Assembly: GCA_043803945.1 (NCBI GenBank) | Contig: JAZDJN010000091.1 | Location: 77,128-141,127 of the forward strand | Source of the DNA: a bacterium | Lineage (GTDB): Bacteria; Bacteroidota; Ignavibacteria; UBA10030 | Direction: 5' to 3' | DNA: 64,000 bases | Shown here: positions 23,739 through 33,257 of the stretch, piece by piece | Layout of the letters: every line of letters starts with the position of its first letter | Numbering within the stretch: the first letter of the stretch is position 1 | The notes under the pieces: generated by a model | What the model was told of the DNA's origin: nothing | Databases searched by the model: none | The model's input: only the letters and a program-made list of their open reading frames with translations | Made by a program: the position numbers and the translations under genes

Positions 23739-23793
23739 CTACAGCAAGCTGCAGATAAATCTCATTGAGAACTCCATTGACAAATCTCCCTTC

Positions 23794-23913
23794 GAGGTTG
23801 TCCAAAATGTAGGACGAGTTGCCAACTCGTCCACGTTGAGATAGTGAAAACATTTCATATTGCGCAATCTTGATCTATGACATACACCCATTAAGTACTT
23901 TTTGGACAACCTC
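23794..23913 (+). mobile_element. 120-bp MITE-like element, copy 1
   Basis: Perfect 14-bp TIR GAGGTTGTCCAAAA/TTTTGGACAACCTC. Internal GTAG-GACGAGTT-GCC-AACTCGTCC hairpin. Homologous to 63451-63570. Confidence 0.8.
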
Positions 23914-24065
23914 AATATGGTCCGCGTAGACGAACAACAATGCATGAACCATTCCGTTCTCCATTTATCCAGTATATAAACGAATGGAAAATACAATACC
24001 CTTATAGTGTGCTAATTATATTAGCATTCACGTTTCTGTTATAATTACAGCTTTAAAATATCGGT

Positions 24066-24107
24066 TAAAACAACAAAGGCAGACACCCAGCCGGGGTCTG
24101 CCTTTGT
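24066..24107 (-). terminator. Rho-independent terminator after the dual-cohesin gene
   Basis: Stem ACAAAGGCAGAC/GTCTGCCTTTGT followed by TGTTTT on the minus strand. Confidence 0.8.
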
Positions 24108-24133
24108 GAACAACATAAACATTCCAACACCGA

Positions 24134-25837
24134 TTACTTCATCAATGTCATCTTCATCGATGCTTGGAAGCCACCGGCATTAAAGCGGGCGATGTAGATA
24201 CCGGTTGTAACGCTTGCACCGGCTTCGTTCTTTCCATCCCACTTCATGGTATATCGTCCTGCATTCATTGCCGTTCCGGCAATGAGCGTTCGGACTTTCA
24301 CACCGAGAACGTTGTAGATCTCGAGTGTAACGGGAGCTTCTTTTGGCAACTCAAAGTTGAGATTGGTTGTCGGGTTGAACGGATTTGGGTAGTTCTGATT
24401 CAATGCAAATTCCGTTGGTATTACTTCAACATCGGAGACCGGTGTCACTGTGGTACTCCATGAAACGGAATCTTTCAGACCGCCTGCATCCGAGAACACA
24501 ACTCTAAAGACAAATGCAGTACCGTGTGTCTGTGTTGGAATATACGAAAATGCATTTGTCGTGGACGACTGCACGACGCCATTCACAGTCCATACATACG
24601 TAACCGCATCACCATCAGGGTCACTTACAGTAACCGAGAAGGAGAACGGAACGTTTCTGGAAATAGCCGTAGGAGCCGTTGCCGGAACCTGCGCCGATTT
24701 CACTGGTTTGCGATTAACGTTTGTCACTGTGATCTTTGCTTTTGCAGTGTCAGTCAATTGACCGTCACTTACAACAACATTGATATTATATGGTGTCGCG
24801 CTGCCTTGTTCATAGGTCGGCGTCCATGTGAACACACCGGCTGTTGTCACCGCTGCACCTGTTGGGCCACCAACGAGTGAAAATGTCAATGGTGTTCCTT
24901 CAGGATCAGTGGCAGTATAGGTAAATGAAACAGCTTCATTCTCATTTACTGTCTTATCAGCAAGCTTATTCACAAAGACCGGTTTGTTGTTGATTGCAAC
25001 CGTCACCGTACCATCGATACCAGCACCGGTTGGCGTACCTTCATTGAATTTCACCGAGGTGAACTTCACATCCGAGGTACCGCCGGCCACGATTTCTGCG
25101 ACGAGATCTATCAATGTACCGGTTCCTGTTAAAGCATCGGCACCTGCGCCGGCAATTTTCACCGTGCCAGAAGTGGCAGTATTTGCCTGCACGGAAAAGT
25201 TTGCAGACATCGTTCCGGTTTTCGAAACACCGGTGATCTTAATCTTTGCAGGATCGTAGGTGAGCGCCAGCTCGTAGGAAACGATAGCTTTACCAGTGAC
25301 ATCCTCTGTCTTGATGGGAATATTGAATTTCCCGCCGACAACGGATGTAACGACTGTCGTCTGAACATTGATGGCAAATGTTGGTGCAGAGACAGAGCCG
25401 TCTGTGGTGGCTGCTGACGGAGTACCATCATTGAATACCATCGTTGTAAATGTTAATGGCGACGTGCCTTTGGCAATCAGTGTTCCCTTCAAATTGATTA
25501 ATGTACCGCCAGTACTAGCAAGAGGATCGATCTGTGCAGCAGCGATCTTTACGACTCCACCGCTAATATTCTTCTGGATCGTCATCCCAGCGGACACTGT
25601 ACCAATTTTATCCACGTCAGTAATTGTGACTATCGTAGGATCGTAAGATATCGACAAGTCATAGGAGATCACCCCTTTACCTGTGAGATCTCCGACCGTC
25701 ACAGGAATCGTCACAGCTCCTAACGTTCCCGTTATGTTGGGCATGCTAACAGTAACTTGAGCCACGCTGATCCCGCTAAAGATCAACACGACCATCGCCA
25801 CCGCTAGATACCTGGTGAAGAATCTTAAGTTAAGCAT
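24134..25837 (-). CDS. Secreted mini-scaffoldin-like protein: 2 cohesins + Ig + Ig + T9SS CTD
   Basis: Two homologous cohesin-like repeats (IPVTVGDLTGKGVISYDLSISYDPT...FNDGTP / IPIKTEDVTGKAIVSYELALTYDPA...FNEGTP). CTD QNYPNPFNP..MKMTLMK. Confidence 0.85.
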   Translation of the reverse strand: MLNLRFFTRYLAVAMVVLIFSGISVAQVTVSMPNITGTLGAVTIPVTVGDLTGKGVISYDLSISYDPTIVTITDVDKIGTVSAGMTIQKNISGGVVKIAAAQIDPLASTGGTLINLKGTLIAKGTSPLTFTTMVFNDGTPSAATTDGSVSAPTFAINVQTTVVTSVVGGKFNIPIKTEDVTGKAIVSYELALTYDPAKIKITGVSKTGTMSANFSVQANTATSGTVKIAGAGADALTGTGTLIDLVAEIVAGGTSDVKFTSVKFNEGTPTGAGIDGTVTVAINNKPVFVNKLADKTVNENEAVSFTYTATDPEGTPLTFSLVGGPTGAAVTTAGVFTWTPTYEQGSATPYNINVVVSDGQLTDTAKAKITVTNVNRKPVKSAQVPATAPTAISRNVPFSFSVTVSDPDGDAVTYVWTVNGVVQSSTTNAFSYIPTQTHGTAFVFRVVFSDAGGLKDSVSWSTTVTPVSDVEVIPTEFALNQNYPNPFNPTTNLNFELPKEAPVTLEIYNVLGVKVRTLIAGTAMNAGRYTMKWDGKNEAGASVTTGIYIARFNAGGFQASMKMTLMK

Positions 25838-25884
25838 CGTGTCTCCTCTGTGTGTTTATGGTCTAATTAGATAAGAGTTATTAC

Positions 25885-25908
25885 CCCGAACCGCCGAAGC
25901 GGTTCGGG
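25885..25908 (-). promoter_or_regulatory. Intergenic stem-loop with a cUUCGg tetraloop
   Basis: Minus strand CCCGAACCGC-TTCG-GCGGTTCGGG, a perfect 10-bp stem with no U-tract after it. Confidence 0.7.
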
Positions 25909-25927
25909 ATGATTTTCTAACTGCACC

Positions 25928-28900
25928 TTACTTGATTAACATCATCTTGTTCGATGCAACAAATGACCCGGCTTGAACACGATAGAGGTAGAGGCCAGAT
26001 GCGACTGATTGACCAGCATCATTGCGACCATCCCACACTATGGAGTAGTAACCGGCTTTTTGTTCCTGGGCGACCACTGACCGAATCTTCTGACCCTGCA
26101 TATTATAGATCACCAGGTTCACGGCTGCATCCTGTGCAATCCGATACTTAATGGTGGTTGTCGGGTTGAAGGGATTCGGATAGTTCTGATCGAGACCGAA
26201 CTCGGACGGAACGAGACTGATCTCGGTTGCATCCATGGTCTGACCAATGCCATCATTCAAGAAGCCTTCACCGCTCACTGTGAGACGGTTCTCTTTGTTC
26301 TTCAGCTTGAAGCTCACAACTGCTGCTTCGCCAGTCACAGGGGTTAGACCTGCTGCTGCAACGGTCAATGTACCATCTTCGACCTTGTACAGAAGTGTCC
26401 AGTCCTGAGGAAGTTTAGATGCAACTTCATTGACTGTGGCGATTGCCGCGTTGAACTTCATTGTGAATTGCATCGATGTGATGTTTCGTGCATCATCGGA
26501 AACCTTTACGCCCATGGTAACTGCATCCGCTTTCGCAACCGGGTTCTTCCATTCGATGGAACCGACTGAAGCTTCGGATTTACCAAGTGCAGCTGGGGCA
26601 AATACTACGGGATAGCCAGCAACCTTCTGGAGAATCAAGGATGCGTCGTATGCGTTCACAGTGGTGTTACCAGAGACATCACCAGCCCAGAGAGCTTCCG
26701 GATCGGTAATGGTGATAAGGCCGACTGCGTGTTGCAATGCAAGCGATGCATCTTCTGCGAGTACTGCATTGTCGCCAGAAATGTCACCTTTAATGCGTGC
26801 ACGGTTGACGGTAACATTGAAGGTTTGTTCCACTGCTGGAGCAACACCATCTGTTACGCTAACCTTCACGGCATACGTCTTTGTGGCATCGAGATACTCT
26901 GGCTGCCATGTCAACGCTGTGCCTGTCAAAGCCGGCAGGTTGGTTGCTGTGGCAGGAGCAGGAGTAACGCTATCAAATGCATAGGTTAATGCATCGGTAT
27001 CGAGATCGGAAGCTGCGAGAGTAACATTCAGCCTCTCTGTCCACTTAATGGTCTGTGCAGTGACTGCGGTAAACACTGGTGCACGGTTCACGTTATTCAC
27101 GGTAACCACGACTGTGTCATAAGCGGTCAATGGACCATAGGTATCAGTTGCACTAACAACAAAGTTCGTAGTGACTGATGGTGTAGCTTTCGTTGCAAAA
27201 GTATATGGGATAGCCCATGTGATCTTTCCAGCGGCCAGAGCAGAGGCACCTTCCGGAGCAAGCACTTTGGCCATTGTCACAGCATCGCCACCGAGATCAT
27301 AATCAACAGCAACCCAGGTCAACTCAACCGTTTCGCCTTCATTCTTTGGCACATCGGCAGGCATCGTTGTGAAAGTCGGTGCCTTGTTGATTTGGCTATA
27401 GGTAAAGAGTGAACCTTGAGTTGTGATACCACCAGTTGCATCGATAGCTTTCACAACCGGCCATGTCAGGTTAACAGTAGAGTTATCATACAGCCGTGTA
27501 CCAGTATTATAATTTTTCTGTTCAAGCCACTGGTTATTGTAATTACCAGAGTCTCGGCGGATCAATCGGACATTCTGGATTGCATCTGCGACATATTCTG
27601 CATATCCCTCAGCCTGTGCTTCGATATCAAACACATACGAAGGAGCCAGAGGAATATCAGATTTCACGGACCAGAAGAATCCCGGATAGTTTGTAAGATT
27701 CAAATCAGAACCATCTTGTTTCTTCGAGAGAATCTTGAATCCATTTTCACCACCTGGTCGTGAATTCACATGACTCACCGTAATGGTAGCCGCACTCTGA
27801 GGAGTGTTCTTAAAGAATACGCTCAACGGTCGATAGTAACCAACCGATGCGGGCATCGTTCCAACTGGGAACGTTACAACACTGCGGTCAATCGAAGTAC
27901 CAGTGCTATTATTGACATATTTACGAACGTTTCCAACAAAGTGACTGAAATCACCAGTTGCAACCGAACGACTGAAACCTTGAGTCGGTTTGTTAGTGAG
28001 GGGATGGTTACCCTGGATCAACGTCCATACAAAGTCAACAGTAGTGACAATTACACCTTTTGTAAAGATAACGTTACTGCCAGTACCCATAGTGACGTTA
28101 CCGCCTCCAAGAGTGACCTTCTTATCGACATCTGCTGTTGCGGCACTGTTGACCTGAACATCGACAGGCGGTGTCTCGCCTGCACCTACGTCAATATAGT
28201 CACCGTCAGCATTCCCATCCACACCGCTTGGTAACGTTAATCCTGCTGCGGGAACCGTTATCGTCTGAAAGGTAGTTCCTTGGAAGACGACTTTAGGAAC
28301 GCTCGTTCCAGCCGTAGTCCATGCAACTGTGATGAAATTACCAGCGGTTACTGCTAAATTGCCAGTAATGGTCAGATTGCGTGTCAGACCTCCGACAGTA
28401 TTCAACTGTATTCCACCACCGGTAGCGTTAATGGTAACATTCGTTACTGTAGCGCTTGCATGTGGCGTAAGGACGGTATTTGTAGTTTTCACCGTAAGAC
28501 CAAGCAAAGTCGCGGCAGTTTGAAGCTGCTCAGCAGTACTTGTAACGGCAGCACCACCGCTATACACCAAGTAGTACGATGTCACAGTTGGTGAGTCAGG
28601 GCCGGAACCTTCAAAATTACCAGTTCCGATTTCTAACGTACCACCCGCAGCAATCGTAATTGCTTTGGTTGTCTCATCGAGCAAACCAGCCTGTAGATAT
28701 AACGTACCGCTTACTGTTACATCTTTGCCCATATCAACCTGATCGTTGACACCACCACCGACAGTTCGGTTGACAGTAAAGTTAAATACCGCAGCCGAAA
28801 GTTCGTTACCGGTAGCAATGGCAGCAGCCTCAGCACCACTATATTCAACATTGGTATTGGTACCGAAGACTACTGTATTGGTCACTGTTGAGGTGGTAAG

Positions 28901-31900
28901 AGTACGAATAACCGTTCCACCATCGCCAATTTTCAACTTGCTGGCATCAATCAATAACGCACCGGCTCCACTCAGTTTCAGCGTACCAGAGACGATCAAC
29001 AGGTTATCTGTCACTTCGCTGTTTTGTACGCCACCAACTGTGGTTGCAATAGTAAGGTTCGGGATCGTCAGATCAACACCTGGTTTAAAGAATTGAGCTG
29101 CGCCACCAGAGAAAATCACCTCACCAGTAGCAGATGCAGTAATTGTACCGACGGTTCTCACGAATGCATCAGTACCAGCACCATTGGCCAATGAGAGATC
29201 ATTTGCACCAAGGGCTAATGTACCTTTTGTCATCGTGAAGACACCCGCAGCAACATTACCAACCGTAATAGTTCGATCGGAGGGTGTGCTTGATCGATTT
29301 ACGGTGACAGTTCCGTCTGTATTGAGTGTCAGATTAGGAAGCGTCGGATTGCCGTTGCCGTCGAAAGTCACTGTGGCTCCTGTGACAATGAGTGCGCCGG
29401 CTGCACCGAGGGTGTACGAACCTGCTGTGAATGTATAGTTTGTTCCAGAGAGAGTAATATTCGTCGCTCCGAGTGTCACGGCTGCATTAGTATGTTTCAG
29501 AACACCGGACACTGTGAAGCTTGCATTGATCGTGATACCATTACCACCTGTTCCGGCAAACTCGAGATTTGCGACGGAGAATGCTGCACCAGGGGTAAAA
29601 TCAATTGCAGCCGCTGTTTCGTTAAAGATCAGATATCCTGCACCTGTAAATGTTCCGGCACCGGTTCTGAGATAATCCGGCGAGGCACCACTGCCATTTT
29701 GCTGATAGTTAAATCCGCCGTTCTCGATATTCCCGGCAACCTGTGATGTCGAGCCAGCAATAATCACGTTGCTGCCGAGGATTAACTTACCGGCAGTCAG
29801 CGTCACATTACCAGCAACCGTTGTAAGAGCGCCACCGCGTGTGAAAGTCAGTGTACCGTTGGATACTGTGAGGTTACCGCCATCAACTGATGTTGATGAA
29901 CCCTTAATCGTTACCGATGCATTTGGTCCTAATGTCGCATTACCGACAACCAGGTTTCCAGTAAGGGTTGAACTTGTGCCATTCATCGTGAAGGTTGCCG
30001 TGGCACCTGTTTTTGTACTAACACCCTGTAAGGTGAGATTACCACTTACGACCTTCAGGTCTGTTGAGGTGAAAGAGTACCCATTATCAGCCGGTTCAAA
30101 GGAGAAACTATTGAGCTGAGATTGTGTGTTCGAAGAGGTTGAGGTTGTACCGACTAATGTACATCCATTTCCTGTTTCTATTAGGATACCCGCTGCAGTG
30201 ATTTGTCCAATAACTGTGTGCGAACGATTGTCGCCTGTCAAGGTAATCGGATTTGCAGCGTTACCGCCGCTGATTAATCCACCCCGACCGACATAGAGAG
30301 AACCAGTGATATTCAGGTTCTGTGCCGGGAGGTTGAATTCAGTAATATTCGTTGCATTATCTGTAAGCTTCAGATTCCCCTTGATTGTAACCGTTGCGCT
30401 GTGCGAAAGAATCAGCTTATTGGCTGCTGATGTCGTCGTAATCGTAAGATTACGAACGTTGGCCGCTGTAAATTCAGCTCCGCCTAACGCACTGGCAACC
30501 GTCGCAGTGACGTCGCCAGTAATGGCGCCGTAGTACTCAAGATCGTAATCAACCGGGGAATTTGTATTGAATCCACCTGCTGTCACAATAACACCATTTG
30601 TACTTCCAGCACCTGTAGCGAGATTTCGGATGACACTGGCTGTTGTTCCAGTTGGGCCGAAGCTACCACCGGCATTGTTGACTTCCAAATCACCGGTAAC
30701 CATGCGGAGGATACCATTGAATTTCACATTGTTTGCAGCATTCATCTGTACTTTATTCGCAGTACCGACATCAATAGTGATATAAGAGTATGTTCCTGTA
30801 CCAGCGATTGTGGTGCCCGTGACAGCTGCGCCGCCAACCACTGTTGTGGAACCACCAAAGATCACTCCACCACCACCAATGGCAGTATAGGAACCATTGT
30901 TGATGATGGCAGCACCTACTGCATTGAGGATAATATTCAATGTGCTCATATCGAGGTTTGTGCTTCCTGAAATCGTTACTGTTCCAGAGGCACGAATCGA
31001 TTGACCAACGGTAATGGTTCCAGCCGTATTGGTAAAGGTAAGATTACCAAGTTGAAGCAATGGACCGCCATTGACCTGCTGGGTTGTAGTACCGGTGAAT
31101 GTTACGAAAGAAGCTGCACCGGCGGTAAAGGTACCGGCAGTTCTATTGAAATCATTCTTAACATTCAGAATTGAAGCAACATTGTTTGCAAGAGTAATTA
31201 TTCCACCAGACATCGTGAATCCACCGGTGGTCAAGGTAAAGTTACCGACTGCCAGGGTACCACCAGAAAGCGTCGTGACACCCGCGCCAGAAACAGTCGT
31301 GTTAACACTGATGTTTGCTGTACCAGCGCTGACGGATAAGCTGCTCAGGGTTGTCGCATTTGTTCCAAAGGTTAACGTTCCTGATCCACTCATGGTCACA
31401 TTGGATAATGTACCGCCATCAAATGAAGCGGCGCCAGAAGCCGATACGACAATACCGGCTGGGCTTGTTGCGGTAACGGTTCCACCATTGGTCGCATGAG
31501 CAACAGAACCCGAAAGGGTTAGCACATTACCACCAAGGGCAACTGTACCGGCGTTGGTAAACGCACCGGCAACAGAAAGCGCTGCGGTTACGTTCGTTGT
31601 TGCACCACCAACGTTTGTCAACGTACCACGGATTGTGCCACCGGCAATATTCAATGTGCCACCGGAAGCACCGTTGTTCACATTGAGAATAACATAAGTA
31701 ATACCGGCTCCACCAGAGGCTGCCGAAAGATTTCCAAGCGTGAGGACACCGGCTGCTCCGTTATTGGCTGTAGCAGTTGCGTGCCAGGCAGCAGTTGCTT
31801 GTGAGTTTGCCAATGATACTGAAGAAGCAAACACAATAGAACCGGTCGATTGGTTATCGACGATATAGGTATTTGCACCTGCTGCAAACACATTGGCACC

Positions 31901-32842
31901 TGTAAAGGTACCGGCAGTCCAAGTCACTGCGCCATTCATTTGTACTGTACCAGTACTTGTATTCTCGATGCTGCCGAGGTTACCATCGGCTGTACCATCG
32001 GTGATACTCAATCCGAGGGTGTTATCGAATTTCAATGTACCAGTACCACTGTTGGTAATGTCATTCGCTCCAACGCTAACTGCGGCACTGAAGGTTGCAT
32101 TACCGCTGGTGACAACGATACCGCCAGTTGCCGTGATGGCGTAAGGTAGTGTCACTGTTGTTCCTGCAGTCTTTGCTACTGTAATGACTCCCGTTCCATA
32201 GGATGCATAGTTTGCCTCGGGGCCACCGGTGACATCGCTGCCGCCGTTATAGGTAAGGCTGAGGTTTGTGCCCTTCTGCGGAGCCTGGTTTGTAAAGGCC
32301 GATGAACCATTCATCACAATACCAATACCGGTTGCTAAACGGAAGAAGGAGGCAGTTCCGATACTCATACTGGAATTGCGCGTGCCGCTTCCCAGGGTCA
32401 GCGTGTTGCTAAGGGTAAAATATTCTGTATTGTTGGTTGTGATGATATTCAGAGTGCCACCAGAAATATCATAGGTAAATGTACCAGCACTCATTAAAAC
32501 ATTGTTGTTGGAGTTCAACGATCGTAGTTCGATCGTGAGTGATCCGCTGGCGGTGAGAGCGGCATACGTTGCCGTCGTGATTGCAACGTTACCACCTGCG
32601 TTATCACCACCATTGTAGGTACCAGCAAAGATAACAACATTGCCATTATTTGCGACGAGGGAGAGTCCCTTGTTAATGGTCGCAACAGGTCCAGATCCTG
32701 CTGGATTGTTGGTTGCATTGGCACCAGTGTAGGTGTCAGATCCGTTCGTCACGTCGACATACACAGTCGCGAGTTGACTGAACGCGGTCATCGTTGCCAC
32801 CAACATCAGTGCAACAACCAATAAGAATGTTTTTGTATTCAT
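25928..32842 (-). CDS. Giant secreted surface protein A: G/T/A/N-rich beta-helix-like body + 2 Ig + dockerin + cohesin-like + T9SS CTD
   Basis: Signal peptide and strong RBS GGAGG. VYVDVTNGSD..GPVATINKGL..IFAGTY. Dockerin GDISGDNAVLAEDASLALQ / GDVSGNTTVNAYDASLILQ (26615-26788). CTD QNYPNPFNP..SGLYLYRV..NKMMLIK. Colinear paralog of 16647-23591. Confidence 0.87.
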   Translation of the reverse strand: MNTKTFLLVVALMLVATMTAFSQLATVYVDVTNGSDTYTGANATNNPAGSGPVATINKGLSLVANNGNVVIFAGTYNGGDNAGGNVAITTATYAALTASGSLTIELRSLNSNNNVLMSAGTFTYDISGGTLNIITTNNTEYFTLSNTLTLGSGTRNSSMSIGTASFFRLATGIGIVMNGSSAFTNQAPQKGTNLSLTYNGGSDVTGGPEANYASYGTGVITVAKTAGTTVTLPYAITATGGIVVTSGNATFSAAVSVGANDITNSGTGTLKFDNTLGLSITDGTADGNLGSIENTSTGTVQMNGAVTWTAGTFTGANVFAAGANTYIVDNQSTGSIVFASSVSLANSQATAAWHATATANNGAAGVLTLGNLSAASGGAGITYVILNVNNGASGGTLNIAGGTIRGTLTNVGGATTNVTAALSVAGAFTNAGTVALGGNVLTLSGSVAHATNGGTVTATSPAGIVVSASGAASFDGGTLSNVTMSGSGTLTFGTNATTLSSLSVSAGTANISVNTTVSGAGVTTLSGGTLAVGNFTLTTGGFTMSGGIITLANNVASILNVKNDFNRTAGTFTAGAASFVTFTGTTTQQVNGGPLLQLGNLTFTNTAGTITVGQSIRASGTVTISGSTNLDMSTLNIILNAVGAAIINNGSYTAIGGGGVIFGGSTTVVGGAAVTGTTIAGTGTYSYITIDVGTANKVQMNAANNVKFNGILRMVTGDLEVNNAGGSFGPTGTTASVIRNLATGAGSTNGVIVTAGGFNTNSPVDYDLEYYGAITGDVTATVASALGGAEFTAANVRNLTITTTSAANKLILSHSATVTIKGNLKLTDNATNITEFNLPAQNLNITGSLYVGRGGLISGGNAANPITLTGDNRSHTVIGQITAAGILIETGNGCTLVGTTSTSSNTQSQLNSFSFEPADNGYSFTSTDLKVVSGNLTLQGVSTKTGATATFTMNGTSSTLTGNLVVGNATLGPNASVTIKGSSTSVDGGNLTVSNGTLTFTRGGALTTVAGNVTLTAGKLILGSNVIIAGSTSQVAGNIENGGFNYQQNGSGASPDYLRTGAGTFTGAGYLIFNETAAAIDFTPGAAFSVANLEFAGTGGNGITINASFTVSGVLKHTNAAVTLGATNITLSGTNYTFTAGSYTLGAAGALIVTGATVTFDGNGNPTLPNLTLNTDGTVTVNRSSTPSDRTITVGNVAAGVFTMTKGTLALGANDLSLANGAGTDAFVRTVGTITASATGEVIFSGGAAQFFKPGVDLTIPNLTIATTVGGVQNSEVTDNLLIVSGTLKLSGAGALLIDASKLKIGDGGTVIRTLTTSTVTNTVVFGTNTNVEYSGAEAAAIATGNELSAAVFNFTVNRTVGGGVNDQVDMGKDVTVSGTLYLQAGLLDETTKAITIAAGGTLEIGTGNFEGSGPDSPTVTSYYLVYSGGAAVTSTAEQLQTAATLLGLTVKTTNTVLTPHASATVTNVTINATGGGIQLNTVGGLTRNLTITGNLAVTAGNFITVAWTTAGTSVPKVVFQGTTFQTITVPAAGLTLPSGVDGNADGDYIDVGAGETPPVDVQVNSAATADVDKKVTLGGGNVTMGTGSNVIFTKGVIVTTVDFVWTLIQGNHPLTNKPTQGFSRSVATGDFSHFVGNVRKYVNNSTGTSIDRSVVTFPVGTMPASVGYYRPLSVFFKNTPQSAATITVSHVNSRPGGENGFKILSKKQDGSDLNLTNYPGFFWSVKSDIPLAPSYVFDIEAQAEGYAEYVADAIQNVRLIRRDSGNYNNQWLEQKNYNTGTRLYDNSTVNLTWPVVKAIDATGGITTQGSLFTYSQINKAPTFTTMPADVPKNEGETVELTWVAVDYDLGGDAVTMAKVLAPEGASALAAGKITWAIPYTFATKATPSVTTNFVVSATDTYGPLTAYDTVVVTVNNVNRAPVFTAVTAQTIKWTERLNVTLAASDLDTDALTYAFDSVTPAPATATNLPALTGTALTWQPEYLDATKTYAVKVSVTDGVAPAVEQTFNVTVNRARIKGDISGDNAVLAEDASLALQHAVGLITITDPEALWAGDVSGNTTVNAYDASLILQKVAGYPVVFAPAALGKSEASVGSIEWKNPVAKADAVTMGVKVSDDARNITSMQFTMKFNAAIATVNEVASKLPQDWTLLYKVEDGTLTVAAAGLTPVTGEAAVVSFKLKNKENRLTVSGEGFLNDGIGQTMDATEISLVPSEFGLDQNYPNPFNPTTTIKYRIAQDAAVNLVIYNMQGQKIRSVVAQEQKAGYYSIVWDGRNDAGQSVASGLYLYRVQAGSFVASNKMMLIK

Positions 32843-33226
32843 TTAATCCTCCATTATAGAGTATTGTTAATTAGTACTTCAAAAAAAACTTAAATCATTT
32901 CCCACTATTCTCTCGCGCCGGGGAGTCGCGAAAGTGAATCCTGAATTGTTGTGATCCAGGATCCGAACCCGAAGGGAAAACTTCGGGATGAAAAAAAATC
33001 AACTAGAATTGATAGCAGTTCTCTTCATCGATAGACTCCTATGCAGTGAGAGATACATGTTGATTGGCGCATTCAGAATGGGGAACAGAAATCTGAAATT
33101 TTTCTTTTGAAGCATCATTCCGCAGTACATAGCAACAGTAATTTCGATGCATCTCTAAATTTTTTGTTGTAAGCGTTTTGGTCACCAACCCTTTACCGCC
33201 CGCAGTCTGGGTGCCAAAATGTGAAG

Positions 33227-33257
33227 CAAATATATGAACATTCCAAGTTGCTGTCAA
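33227..33257 (-). promoter_or_regulatory. Proximal promoter of surface protein A
   Basis: TTGACA-N17-TATATT. TATATTTG also fits the Bacteroidota TAnnTTTG element. Confidence 0.65.

Noticed and set aside
23739-23996. 85-aa ORF between the two gene pairs
   Set aside because: It runs through the 120-bp MITE-like element and shows no protein-like features.
26430-32474. Many plus-strand ORFs antisense to the giant gene (and similar shadows over secA, C25 and the TBDR)
   Set aside because: Shadow frames caused by codon bias of the real minus-strand genes; they contain no motifs.
14477-32842. A true cellulosome
   Set aside because: No recognisable glycoside hydrolase, CBM3 or other catalytic module on the dockerin-bearing proteins.
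25928-32842. Autotransporter or two-partner secretion adhesin
   Set aside because: The body is passenger-like, but the C-terminus is a T9SS CTD, with no beta-barrel or TPS domain.
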